Assembly (NCBI RefSeq): GCF_037902255.1
Contig: NZ_CP147990.1
Location: 1,950,001-1,982,000 of the forward strand
Source: Candidatus Electrothrix sp. GW3-4
Lineage (GTDB): Bacteria > Desulfobacterota > Desulfobulbia > Desulfobulbales > Desulfobulbaceae
DNA: 32,000 nt
Reading direction: 5' to 3'
Made by a program: the position numbers and the translations under genes. Positions 23,740-32,000 of the stretch are shown here, in pieces (positions within the stretch are counted from its first letter, which is position 1; each line of letters opens with the position of its first letter). The notes beneath the pieces are model-generated. The model ran no database searches and was not told where the DNA came from. It saw only the letters and a program-made list of their open reading frames with translations.

Positions 23740-25524
23740 TCAGACCTGCGAACAGGCCCCTTTTCGTAGGCTCTCTGCGGTATAGAGATACCTTTTGATT
23801 TTATGGGTAGCTGTTTTCACAAAGGGGCTCTTATGCTCAAAAGCAGCACTCAGCCTCGACGCAGTGGCAAGTCGTTTATTAACATTTTTTCTGAGCTGCT
23901 CAAGCTCCAACAGAATATGTTCCTGCCAGTACTGCCTGTCGCATTTGTCGTGCTTGTCTTTTCTTCCGATCCGCTTAGCAAGGAGATCATAATCCAAATG
24001 AAGCCAAGCCTCCAGCACAGAACCATTATCAATCACTAAGGAATCAAGGACAAAAAAACAGCTATTCAACCTGTGCTCAATAGCCTCAGGATATACATTT
24101 TCCCCGTTTGAACGAACAATAACAGATTTTGAGCGCCCACAAATACAAAGATTGCCCTGTGCATCCATACAGCCAAGATCACCGGTACGCAACCAACCGT
24201 CCTCAGCCAGTACTTCCTCTGTTGCCTGTGGATTTTGCCAATATCCCTGCATGATATTCGGCCCACGGACAAGAATCTCACCTATGCCGGTTTTGGGACT
24301 TGGCTCGGCAATACGCACTTCAACGCCAAGTACGGGTTTGCCCACAGAACCTGGCAGGATACTGCTATCCTCGTACGGACCTCCTGAAATCAGTGGCGCA
24401 GCCTCACTGAGTCCGTATCCCACAAGAAAAGGAAAGCCAGCATCGCGAAGAAAGAGCTCAACCTCAGGGTTCAGGGCAGCCCCACCCATTCCCATTATGA
24501 CGAGACGTCCACCAAAGAACTGGTGCAGCCTTGCGCCAATCTGAGGAAAAAACCATCTTCTCCCAAGAGAAACTTTGCTTACAAGAGAGAGGAGCGCATT
24601 GCCTTCAAGCGCAGGAACGATCTGTTTTTTATAAATTTTCTCAATGATCAATGGGACAACCAGCAGGGCATGGGGCCGTTCCTGCCTGCAAATCTTTTCT
24701 AATACTGATGGGGTAGGGACCTTGCCGACATAGAGAACAGATGCCCCCTTAATCAGAGGCATAAGAAAGCCTGTGGTAAACTCGTAAGCATGCGAGAGCG
24801 GGAGAAGAGAAAGAAATACGACACCAGGGAAAAGCGTTATCGCCTCATCCGTGGCATAGGCATTGGCACAAAAATTCTTATGACTGAGGATCACTGCTTT
24901 AGAAAAACCAGAAGTTCCCGAGGTATACATAATAGAGGCTGGCTGATCCGGTGTTGGCTCAGGAAATTGCAGCTCTCCGGCCTGCAGCATATCTGTAAAT
25001 ATATTCCGGGCCTGAGAAAGAAGTTCTGAAAAGGTTATTACCTCAAGAGGGAGAGCGCTGTCCTGATGATCATCCAGTGTGATGAGCCGGTTAAGCTGCT
25101 GGTGGATGCTAATTTTCTTGATCTGCGAACGCGTAGTAAAGATGGTTTCACACGCCATTTCAGTAAGAATATGCTCGACATCCTCCTCTGGCAGCTCAGG
25201 AAGTATGGGCACGCAGACTGCGCCCAAGCGAATAATGGCAAAATAGACTATTCCCCAAGCCGGAGAGCTTTCTGCCAGGAGAGCAACCCGATCACCAGGA
25301 CCAACTCCTGCTTGCCGGAGCAGAGCAGCAAGCAGGAGAATACGATCATGAAATTCCTGATAACTGACAGAACCTTCTAAGGCTATACCAACAGCTGGTA
25401 ACTCTTTATATTTTTCACAGATTGTATCGATTAAGGCATTGAGATGAGTGGCTCGCCCTTTTTCCCGATACTCCTTGACCGGAAAGAAAATATCTGGGCT
25501 GTTCTCGTTGTTTTTTTTAGACAT
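23740..25524 (-). CDS. AMP-dependent synthetase/ligase (long-chain acyl-CoA ligase-like)
   Basis: The AMP-binding motif is MYTSGTSGFSKAVILSH. GYGLSE, LRTGDLG and the terminal KIKR motif are also present. I chose ATG 25524, and the ORF track begins at TTG 25530. Confidence 0.85.
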   Translation of the reverse strand: MSKKNNENSPDIFFPVKEYREKGRATHLNALIDTICEKYKELPAVGIALEGSVSYQEFHDRILLLAALLRQAGVGPGDRVALLAESSPAWGIVYFAIIRLGAVCVPILPELPEEDVEHILTEMACETIFTTRSQIKKISIHQQLNRLITLDDHQDSALPLEVITFSELLSQARNIFTDMLQAGELQFPEPTPDQPASIMYTSGTSGFSKAVILSHKNFCANAYATDEAITLFPGVVFLSLLPLSHAYEFTTGFLMPLIKGASVLYVGKVPTPSVLEKICRQERPHALLVVPLIIEKIYKKQIVPALEGNALLSLVSKVSLGRRWFFPQIGARLHQFFGGRLVIMGMGGAALNPEVELFLRDAGFPFLVGYGLSEAAPLISGGPYEDSSILPGSVGKPVLGVEVRIAEPSPKTGIGEILVRGPNIMQGYWQNPQATEEVLAEDGWLRTGDLGCMDAQGNLCICGRSKSVIVRSNGENVYPEAIEHRLNSCFFVLDSLVIDNGSVLEAWLHLDYDLLAKRIGRKDKHDKCDRQYWQEHILLELEQLRKNVNKRLATASRLSAAFEHKSPFVKTATHKIKRYLYTAESLRKGACSQV

Positions 25525-25962
25525 TTTCAAAGGTATGTATTACCAAGCTACCAACTACGACAAGCGATTTGGCCGTGCTCCGACCTACGCTCAATGAGCA
25601 TCTAATCAGTACATCACATTTCGCCTCTCCCCTGCGGAAGCGAACCAGGAAAGAATATTAGGCAGGTTCAAGGGCAGAGATCCAGCAGCCTTTCCTTAAC
25701 ATTCTCTGAGCCAACGCTGGCTTGAGAGAGTTATAGGATTATATGCTGTATTCTTTTCCGATGCAATGCGGAATCCCCTTCATACAATATTGACGTGCTG
25801 GGTTGTGCCCATTTCACTTGAAGTATTCTTGCGACATAAGTAGACTGCGCCAGGGCGAAGAGCAGGAGACCCATCCTGCCTCTTAAAAATGACTGCAACG
25901 AGCTGTCATCGCTACCGAATCCTGGCAAGCAAAAAATCTCCATATGGTGACTCCACCGACGT

Positions 25963-27045
25963 ATGCAGAGTATTCCTTCAAGCAATCTCCCTATCAATCT
26001 CTCTATGACAGACTGGCAAAATCAGCTCAAAAATTCTATAACCAGCCCTGAGAAACTCTCCCAAATACTTCACTGCAAGCAGGCTGAGGTGGCAGCGGTG
26101 AGCTCTCGCTATCCCTTGCGAATTTCTCCCTATTACCTTGAGGTCATCAAGCAAGCCGGAAAACCGCTCTTTCGTCAGGCAGTACCTGATATCCGGGAGC
26201 TGGATGATCCCCAGGGCATGGTTGACCCACTTGCTGAAGAGACTCTCAGCCCTGTCCCAAATCTGGTGCATAAATATCCTGACCGCGCCCTCTTCCTTGT
26301 GAGCAGCCAATGCGCTATGTACTGTCGATTTTGTACCCGTAAACGCAAGGTGGGGAAGGCGAGCATGCAGATTACGCAAAAAACGCTTGCTGCTGGCCTG
26401 GAATACCTCCGTAGCACACCTCAAATTCGTGAGGTCCTGATATCAGGTGGGGATCCTCTGTTACTTTCTGACCAAGAAATTGAAGAAATCCTCCAGCAAC
26501 TCCAAAAAATTGAGCATATCAAGGTCATTCGTATCGGCACCAGAACGCCATGCACCCTTCCCATGCGTATTACACCGGACTTGGTAAATATGCTGAAGAA
26601 ATATCACCCCCTCTACATCAACACTCATTTTAATCATCCGGCAGAGATTACCCAAGAAGCGGCCCAGGCCTGTACCTTATTAGCAGACGCTGGCATCCCC
26701 TTGGGTTGCCAGACAGTGCTTCTCAAAGGGGTCAATGACTCCTTGCCCGTGATCAAGGAACTCCTCTATCGGCTTTTAGAGATCAGAGTCCGGCCCTATT
26801 ATCTCATGCAGGCGGATTTGACCGAAGGAACGGCCCATTTTCGTACTGATATCAAGACAGGGCTCACGATTATGCGCGGTCTTATAGGCAGTGTCTCGGG
26901 AATGGCCGCACCAACCTATATCCTTGACGCCCCTGAGGGCAGGGGCAAGATCCCCCTCACTCCCGATTACATCCTCTCGCATCAGGAGGACAAACTGGAA
27001 TTCACCAACTATGAGGGTATTCCCTGCACCTACCCCCTGCCCTGA
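25963..27045 (+). CDS. KamA-family radical SAM protein (lysine 2,3-aminomutase-like, short form)
   Basis: The radical SAM cluster motif is CAMYCRFCTRKRK. ISGGDPL, the IRIGTR block and YYLMQADL are also present. The start is ambiguous, ATG 25963 or ATG 26005, and neither has a clear SD. Confidence 0.85.
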   Translation: MQSIPSSNLPINLSMTDWQNQLKNSITSPEKLSQILHCKQAEVAAVSSRYPLRISPYYLEVIKQAGKPLFRQAVPDIRELDDPQGMVDPLAEETLSPVPNLVHKYPDRALFLVSSQCAMYCRFCTRKRKVGKASMQITQKTLAAGLEYLRSTPQIREVLISGGDPLLLSDQEIEEILQQLQKIEHIKVIRIGTRTPCTLPMRITPDLVNMLKKYHPLYINTHFNHPAEITQEAAQACTLLADAGIPLGCQTVLLKGVNDSLPVIKELLYRLLEIRVRPYYLMQADLTEGTAHFRTDIKTGLTIMRGLIGSVSGMAAPTYILDAPEGRGKIPLTPDYILSHQEDKLEFTNYEGIPCTYPLP

Positions 27046-27071
27046 TCCCGCCTGTTTTTTAGGCAGGGCAG
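27037..27071. other. inverted repeat in a convergent gap (possible bidirectional terminator)
   Basis: CTGCCCTG (27037-27044) pairs perfectly with CAGGGCAG (27064-27071). An inner CCT/AGG pairing flanks a T6 run. The T-tract lies in the loop rather than after the stem, so this is not a canonical terminator. Confidence 0.35.
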
Positions 27072-27077
27072 AGCCGA

Positions 27078-28166
27078 TCACTTAATCCCTGCACTGTGCT
27101 CTTCGGCAATGCGGGCAAACTCCAGTTCCACAGCAAGAAAGGCATCGTAGACGTCTGGATCAAAATGTCGCTCCCGTCCTTCTTCGGTGGCCATAATATA
27201 CATGGCCTCTTCATGACCCAGCGCCTTTTTATAGGAACGACTTGTCCTTAAGGCGTCATATACATCTGCCACGGCCATAATTCTGCCTGCCAAGGGAATG
27301 TCCTCCCCCTTCAGCGCTCTGGGATAACCACTGCCGTCATATCTCTCATGGTGGCTCCCCACCATATCTCTGGCGCATTCCAGAAATGCCATAGGCTCTC
27401 CGGCCATTTTTGCCAATTTATCAATCACCTCTTCTCCATAAATAGTATGCTTTTTCATTTCTGCAAACTCTTCAGCCGACAGGCGGCCTTCCTTGAGCAA
27501 AATGGAATCCCGGATCGCCACCTTGCCTATATCATGAAGCGGTGCGGTTTTATAAAGAAGAACAATATACTCCTGGGTGAGGATATCGGTAAATTTTCTC
27601 CTCTCAAACAGGGCTTCTGCCAATTTCTTGACAAAAAAACGGGTACGGTTGATATGGCCACCTGTATTGGTATCCCGATGTTCAGCCAATTCACCCATGG
27701 CTAATATAGTGATATCTTTCAGGAGGGTCGTCTCTCTGGTTCGGGCAAGCACTTTCTGCTCTAAACTCACCCGGTAACTGTGCAGCTCAAGATGGTTACG
27801 TACTCGAGAACGCAATTCAACCCCGTGAAAGGGCTTGGTGATATAATCAACTCCACCAAGCTCAAAGCCCCTGACCACATCTTCGGGTTCCGATCTTGCG
27901 GTGAGGAAAATAACGGGAATCGATTGCGTTTCAGGCAACTTACATAGTTCCTGCATGGTTGTAAAACCATCCATCCCTGGCATCATAACGTCCATGAGGA
28001 TGAGATCAGGAGTTCGTTGTTGAATCCTGGCTAAGGCCTGCTCGCCGGAAGTAGCATACGCGAATTCAAGCCCCAGCCCCTTTAAGTGAGAGAGAGCTAT
28101 CTGGATGTTTTCAGGAACATCATCAACAACAAAAACCAGAGGTTTGTTCGGTGAGCTCCTCATCAC
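27078..28166 (-). CDS. response regulator with HD-GYP domain (c-di-GMP phosphodiesterase type)
   Basis: The REC domain carries VFVVDDVPEN and DLILMDVMMPGMDG. The HD-GYP domain carries HDIGK and HHERYDGSGYP. The start overlaps the kinase stop (ATGATGA). Confidence 0.9.
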   Translation of the reverse strand: MMRSSPNKPLVFVVDDVPENIQIALSHLKGLGLEFAYATSGEQALARIQQRTPDLILMDVMMPGMDGFTTMQELCKLPETQSIPVIFLTARSEPEDVVRGFELGGVDYITKPFHGVELRSRVRNHLELHSYRVSLEQKVLARTRETTLLKDITILAMGELAEHRDTNTGGHINRTRFFVKKLAEALFERRKFTDILTQEYIVLLYKTAPLHDIGKVAIRDSILLKEGRLSAEEFAEMKKHTIYGEEVIDKLAKMAGEPMAFLECARDMVGSHHERYDGSGYPRALKGEDIPLAGRIMAVADVYDALRTSRSYKKALGHEEAMYIMATEEGRERHFDPDVYDAFLAVELEFARIAEEHSAGIK

Positions 28167-29965
28167 TCTTCCCTTGCGAGAGACCCCAGGATTGCCAAGA
28201 AATGATCCACCCCCTGAATATCGAGATCAAGAGCAAACCGTTGCAATTTACAGCCCATTTCAAAGAGGACCGGTGAATCGACCTGCTGTCCCTGCTCCTG
28301 CATTTTTTGCCCAAGCGCCGAAGCGACATCCAGACTGCCACTCATTTCAGCCTCTTTATAGATCGTGTCAAGTTCTTTGCTCCAGAACGGTGTAATCTGC
28401 TCTATATCTGGAGCTGATTCCTTTTCTTCTCCATGAGCTACCTGGGTTATGTCTGGCGTTACCTGAATATACTTATCTACTACATGACGTAATTCATGGA
28501 GATGAAATGGTTTCCCGAGAAAATCATCAAAAAGTTGCTTATAGGAATTTTTTTCCAGCATCATACCTGTCATAGCAACAATCGGTATCTGCTTTGTGCT
28601 TGGGTTCTTTCGCAGTTGCCGGGTTATCTCCCGGCCATCAGCACCCGCCAAATTAAGATCCATGAGAATCAGATCCGGGGTATTATTCAATGCATACTCC
28701 AGGCATTTCTCACGATCACACGCCTCAAGAACCCTGATTGCCGTGCCAGTGAAGTATATTTTGACCAAATGAGACATCTCCGGCATATCATCAACCACAA
28801 GAATGACAGGGTGCTTTTTCCTCTTCCCCTTTTGTCTCTGGCGTTGTTCCGGGCCAATATCACAAATCGCTGTTTCATCGGCTACCGGGGCCAGCATGGT
28901 AAAACGAAAGGTACTCCCCTTACCCTTATCGCTTTCCAACGTAATATCGCCACCCATGATGCGGGCAAGACGGGCACAGAGGGTCAGGCCAAGGCATTTT
29001 CCATCATAAATAGGAACACTTTCTTTTTGCAGGGCAAGCAAGTCCAGAATCTTCTTTTGTTCCTGCGCTGTCATTCCCCGACCGGTATCAACCACACAGA
29101 AGGTCAACTCATACCATGTTGCTCTTTTCTTTTCTCCAGAGACAGACAGTGCAACCTCCCCTACCTCTGTATATTTTATAGCATTACTGAGGAGATTGCT
29201 CAAAATCTGACGGCAATGATTTGCATCAAGAACATAGTATGTCGGCAGGGCCGGATCCACCTGACAGGTAAATTTGAGATTTTTCTCTTTGGCCTGGTCA
29301 CCAAAAAGATCCAAGAGCTGCTCTGTGATCACATGGAAATTAACTGTGGACCTCAGGACCTTCACCTTCCCGGTCTCCAGCTTGGAGAGTTCCATGATAT
29401 CATTAACAAGGGCAATAAGATGAGAACTGTTTTTTCGAATAGTCTCAACATAGCGACGTTGCTGGTCGCCAATATCTGAGTCAGCAAGCATCTCAGCATA
29501 CCCCACAATAGCATTCATTGGGGTGCGGATCTCATGATTAATATTGGCGATAAACTGACGTTTCCGCTGCTTTGCCGCCTCAATTTTTTTCTCAGCCTCA
29601 CGCCGTTCTTCACCAATGCTCAGGCCCTCAACCTTATGACTTATACTGGTGATAATCTCTCGTTCCGTATCAGCAACATGTACGAGTGTATGCTCGACAG
29701 AAAAACGTGTTCCATCTCCTCTGACCAGTTGACCACGAACAGTATGTACTCCGTGAGCTGCCAGCGTAGCGAGATGCTGCTTGAGATCAACATAATAGGG
29801 TTCCAGTTCCTCGACTGACATCCCTACAATCTCTTTTTTTCGCAGTCCAATGACATTGAGGAAGGCCCTATTCGCTGTTATGACCGTGCCGTCACGATCA
29901 AACAGTACCCCATACAGGGGGAGAACATCAAATACCTTCAATGCGAGCTGTACGTCCTGTGTCAC
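28163..29965 (-). CDS. hybrid sensor histidine kinase (PAS-HisKA-HATPase-REC plus an unassigned C-terminal region of about 115 aa)
   Basis: The PAS-like N-terminus is LFDRDGTVITANRAFLNVIG. The H-box is FIANINHEIRTPMNAIVGYAEML, the ATPase G-boxes include DTGRGM and GLGL-like elements, and the REC domain carries ILVVDDMPE and DLILMDLNLAGADG. There is no ATG near the 5' end. I chose GTG 29965, with AGGA 5 nt upstream. The ORF track uses TTG 30055. Confidence 0.85.
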   Translation of the reverse strand: MTQDVQLALKVFDVLPLYGVLFDRDGTVITANRAFLNVIGLRKKEIVGMSVEELEPYYVDLKQHLATLAAHGVHTVRGQLVRGDGTRFSVEHTLVHVADTEREIITSISHKVEGLSIGEERREAEKKIEAAKQRKRQFIANINHEIRTPMNAIVGYAEMLADSDIGDQQRRYVETIRKNSSHLIALVNDIMELSKLETGKVKVLRSTVNFHVITEQLLDLFGDQAKEKNLKFTCQVDPALPTYYVLDANHCRQILSNLLSNAIKYTEVGEVALSVSGEKKRATWYELTFCVVDTGRGMTAQEQKKILDLLALQKESVPIYDGKCLGLTLCARLARIMGGDITLESDKGKGSTFRFTMLAPVADETAICDIGPEQRQRQKGKRKKHPVILVVDDMPEMSHLVKIYFTGTAIRVLEACDREKCLEYALNNTPDLILMDLNLAGADGREITRQLRKNPSTKQIPIVAMTGMMLEKNSYKQLFDDFLGKPFHLHELRHVVDKYIQVTPDITQVAHGEEKESAPDIEQITPFWSKELDTIYKEAEMSGSLDVASALGQKMQEQGQQVDSPVLFEMGCKLQRFALDLDIQGVDHFLAILGSLAREE

Positions 29966-30067
29966 TCTTTTCCTAACGTGCAATGAAGACCCGATTGAGC
30001 CGGGTATCGTTTTTAGATGAGTACGAAGAGCGCAACACGTGCCAAAGTCAGGCAATGATGGAGCAGC

Positions 30068-30580
30068 TCAGTCGCGCAAATAACTGGCTATCTCTTCGGC
30101 ACGCTCTAAACTTGTCTTTCCCTTGACCGATATTTCTATATCTGCCAGCTTACGGTACAGAGGCAGGCGCTCCCTAAAGAGTTTTTCAGCCTGTTTCAGA
30201 TCCGTCAGGAGGGGGCGTTTTTTTATTTTCTTTTTTACATTTGGGTGATTACATATGGAATGATAGATATCTTCCACCGTGGAATGCAGGTAAATAACCC
30301 TCCCTAATCTGTTCAAATTCCTGACCTTTAAAAAACCGCCACCAGTGGACACGATGGTTCCGCGGACATAATATTCCAACCAATCTGCCACCTTCTGTTC
30401 CAGTTGACGGAACCCGGCCTCCCCCTGATTGGCAAAAATATTTCTTATCTTTTTATTGACCATGCTTTCAAGCAGGTCATCAGTATCCACAGCAAAACGA
30501 CCGGTTTGGCTGGCAAGGGCCCGTGCTGTTCTCCCTTTGCCCACCCCCATGAAACCGATCAGGATAATATTATCAGCCAT
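30068..30580 (-). CDS. aroK: shikimate kinase AroK
   Basis: The protein contains MADNIILIGFMGVGKGRTARALA (Walker A) and VISTGGG-like IVSTGGG. Starting at ATG 30580 gives about 170 aa. The ORF track extends to 30637. Confidence 0.88.
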   Translation of the reverse strand: MADNIILIGFMGVGKGRTARALASQTGRFAVDTDDLLESMVNKKIRNIFANQGEAGFRQLEQKVADWLEYYVRGTIVSTGGGFLKVRNLNRLGRVIYLHSTVEDIYHSICNHPNVKKKIKKRPLLTDLKQAEKLFRERLPLYRKLADIEISVKGKTSLERAEEIASYLRD

Positions 30581-30749
30581 ATTATTGTTCTTTCTGTTCC
30601 GCTTCTCTTCACGAACCTGAACCGCAACATTGGGCAAGTACGATCAAGCGTAGGTTAGTGGTAATGGATCAGTCACGAGTATCCTACGATAGTTCTTAAA
30701 AAAAGGATTGTAAAACGTAAAGCAGAATCTGTAAAATGAATTTTAGGAC

Positions 30750-30789
30750 AAAAAATTGCCCCCTCTTTTAGTCCAGGGTTGAAGGGGGC
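30750..30789 (-). terminator. rho-independent terminator overlapping the 3' end of the DUF3524 gene
   Basis: On the minus strand, GCCCCCT (plus 30783-30789) pairs with AGGGGGC (plus 30758-30764) around a loop containing the TAA stop. AATTTTTT follows (plus 30750-30757). Confidence 0.6.
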
Positions 30790-31919
30790 GTCACCCTCCT
30801 GAATTGCAGCCATTCCTGATAGTTCCCCCCAAGCACTGGCCAACTATACGCTTCTGTTAACCTCCTTGCCTCTACCTTGGTCAACGAGCAAGGTGCTGCC
30901 AATAATTGACAGAGATGCCCTCCCAATTCACCTTCCGCATACCTGTATTCTTGTGGAAAAAGCTCTCTGTAAGAAAGACGATCCGGCACCACAGGACGGC
31001 AACCAGCCCGCACGCCCTCTAACACTGAGATCCCGAAAAACTCGTGGCGGGCCGTTGATACAATAAAATCACCCTGGATGAGCAGACGGGCATATTCCTC
31101 CCGGCTTTTCACATAGCCAAAGTGGAGTACCCTGTCCTGAAAAACTGTTCTGGCCAGGGCAAAGATCTTTGGTTGGGAGCGGAAATGCTGGCCAAGAACA
31201 ATAATCTTAAAAAAATAGTCTTCAGCCAGGGTAAACAGGGTATGGAAAAACGTCTCAGGGTCTTTATCATGTTCCCAACGATGATTCCAAACAATAACAG
31301 GCGCGCTCTTTTTTTCCTTCTGTTGCCTACGGGCTGCTGCCGGTATTTCCGTTTCCTCGAACAGGGCATCAATCTTCCCAAAATCAATGCCAGGATACAG
31401 GATAACGGACTTTGCCTGAATCTGTTCTTCAAGATGGCGCAGCTCCATGTCTGTTGACTTTTTCAGAAAGAGACGAACCCCTGCAAGAAAGGTCTCCTGA
31501 TTATAGCGGCTGTTAAAGGCAAGGCGATCCGCGCACAGGGCTGAGGTGAAATTAATGGCGATGAACTGCAATATGCCAGGATCATGCACCTGGCCAGGGT
31601 AACTGAACTGATTCTCATGAAAATATATCGCCAGCGGAAGACGTATTCCCTGGGCGGCCAAGAGACTGCGCAACACGGCAACATCGAGAAAGGTGGAGGT
31701 CAGGATGCCATCAAAGCAGATCCCCTGCGTAATCATCGTGAGAATCCGTTCAGCAAACCAGGGTGCAGCCAGCTGCATCCGCATCTTCCATTTTCTCGGA
31801 GAAAGCGAGAGCAGGGTGAAACGACAAGCAAGCTGCTGCTGTAACCCGACCAAAAAGGCCTTATGAGAGCCTCCATAATACGGTTCCAGCAGAAGGATAT
31901 GCTGTGACTCGTTATCCAT
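30768..31919 (-). CDS. DUF3524 glycosyltransferase, GTDC1 (tRNA-queuosine mannosyltransferase)-like
   Basis: ILLLEPYYGGSHKAFL, IYFHENQFSYP and AFNSRYNQETFL parallel the human GTDC1 strings EAFYGGSHK, YFHENQLIYP and FNSxFNxxSFL as I remember them. The C-terminal half is a GT-B/GT4-like domain. Confidence 0.75.
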   Translation of the reverse strand: MDNESQHILLLEPYYGGSHKAFLVGLQQQLACRFTLLSLSPRKWKMRMQLAAPWFAERILTMITQGICFDGILTSTFLDVAVLRSLLAAQGIRLPLAIYFHENQFSYPGQVHDPGILQFIAINFTSALCADRLAFNSRYNQETFLAGVRLFLKKSTDMELRHLEEQIQAKSVILYPGIDFGKIDALFEETEIPAAARRQQKEKKSAPVIVWNHRWEHDKDPETFFHTLFTLAEDYFFKIIVLGQHFRSQPKIFALARTVFQDRVLHFGYVKSREEYARLLIQGDFIVSTARHEFFGISVLEGVRAGCRPVVPDRLSYRELFPQEYRYAEGELGGHLCQLLAAPCSLTKVEARRLTEAYSWPVLGGNYQEWLQFRRVTPPSTLD

Positions 31920-32000
31920 AGTTATTTACCCGAAAGACTTCAATGTTTCCTCAAACAGTTATCCAGTTATACTCCAAAAGGCAAGCTTTTGCTACTTTTT

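Noticed and set aside
25923-25938. TGGCAA element considered as a sigma-54 -24 box upstream of the KamA-family gene
   Set aside because: There is no TTGC -12 element at the required spacing.
25731-25997. 88-aa minus-strand ORF filling part of the long intergenic region
   Set aside because: It begins at TTG with no SD, overlaps the KamA-family ORF start and does not look like a protein. I kept the region as non-coding.
28496-29479. 327-aa plus-strand ORF
   Set aside because: It is entirely antisense to the histidine-kinase gene, whose HisKA, HATPase and REC motifs are unambiguous. The translated sequence is Cys/His/Ile/Phe-rich with no motif, which is typical of a shadow ORF.
1-32000. Mobile element, prophage, defence island or CRISPR content
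   Set aside because: I recognised no integrase, transposase, recombinase, nuclease/helicase defence-type protein, terminal inverted repeat or repeat-spacer array. Gene content and tight operon packing look like core chromosome.

Overview
This looks like an ordinary chromosomal window, and most genes are housekeeping. I recognised no rRNA, tRNA, CRISPR array, transposase, integrase or phage gene. A ferredoxin carrying the CVEICPDVF motif of Desulfovibrio gigas ferredoxin, plus abundant signalling proteins, suggests a Desulfobacterota-type anaerobe, but that lineage call is inference only.

Layout:
- Plus-strand block, about 1-12.9 kb: a 5'-partial unknown protein with a strong terminator, cutA, cbiB, an orphan secreted protein, a decayed formate/nitrite-transporter (FNT) remnant, ferredoxin, rseP, tsaB, ispG, a DUF1343/NamZ-like gene, lpxD, a CHASE2 class III nucleotidyl cyclase, an ICMT/PEMT-like membrane methyltransferase and a FecR-domain protein.
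- Minus-strand block, about 12.9-25.5 kb: yejE, yejB, a GGT-family enzyme, ybdK, an M20D amidohydrolase and a large exported MORN-repeat protein, which together form one tightly coupled operon. These are followed by a small acidic ORF, argJ, a DUF218 protein and an acyl-AMP ligase.
- Remainder: a KamA-family radical SAM gene on the plus strand, then on the minus strand an REC-HD-GYP regulator, a hybrid histidine kinase, aroK and a GTDC1/DUF3524-like glycosyltransferase.

The best candidate for something undescribed is the six-gene MORN / M20D / YbdK / leaderless-GGT / YejBE operon (12905-20925). Its junction overlaps are visible directly in the sequence, and I cannot match its gene combination to any characterised pathway. 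Secondary leads are the bacterial homologue of the eukaryotic queuosine mannosyltransferase, the CHASE2-cyclase / methyltransferase / FecR neighbourhood, the FNT pseudogene with its neighbouring orphan gene, and several structured or repeat-bearing intergenic regions. All functional calls rest on motif recognition by eye; no searches were run.
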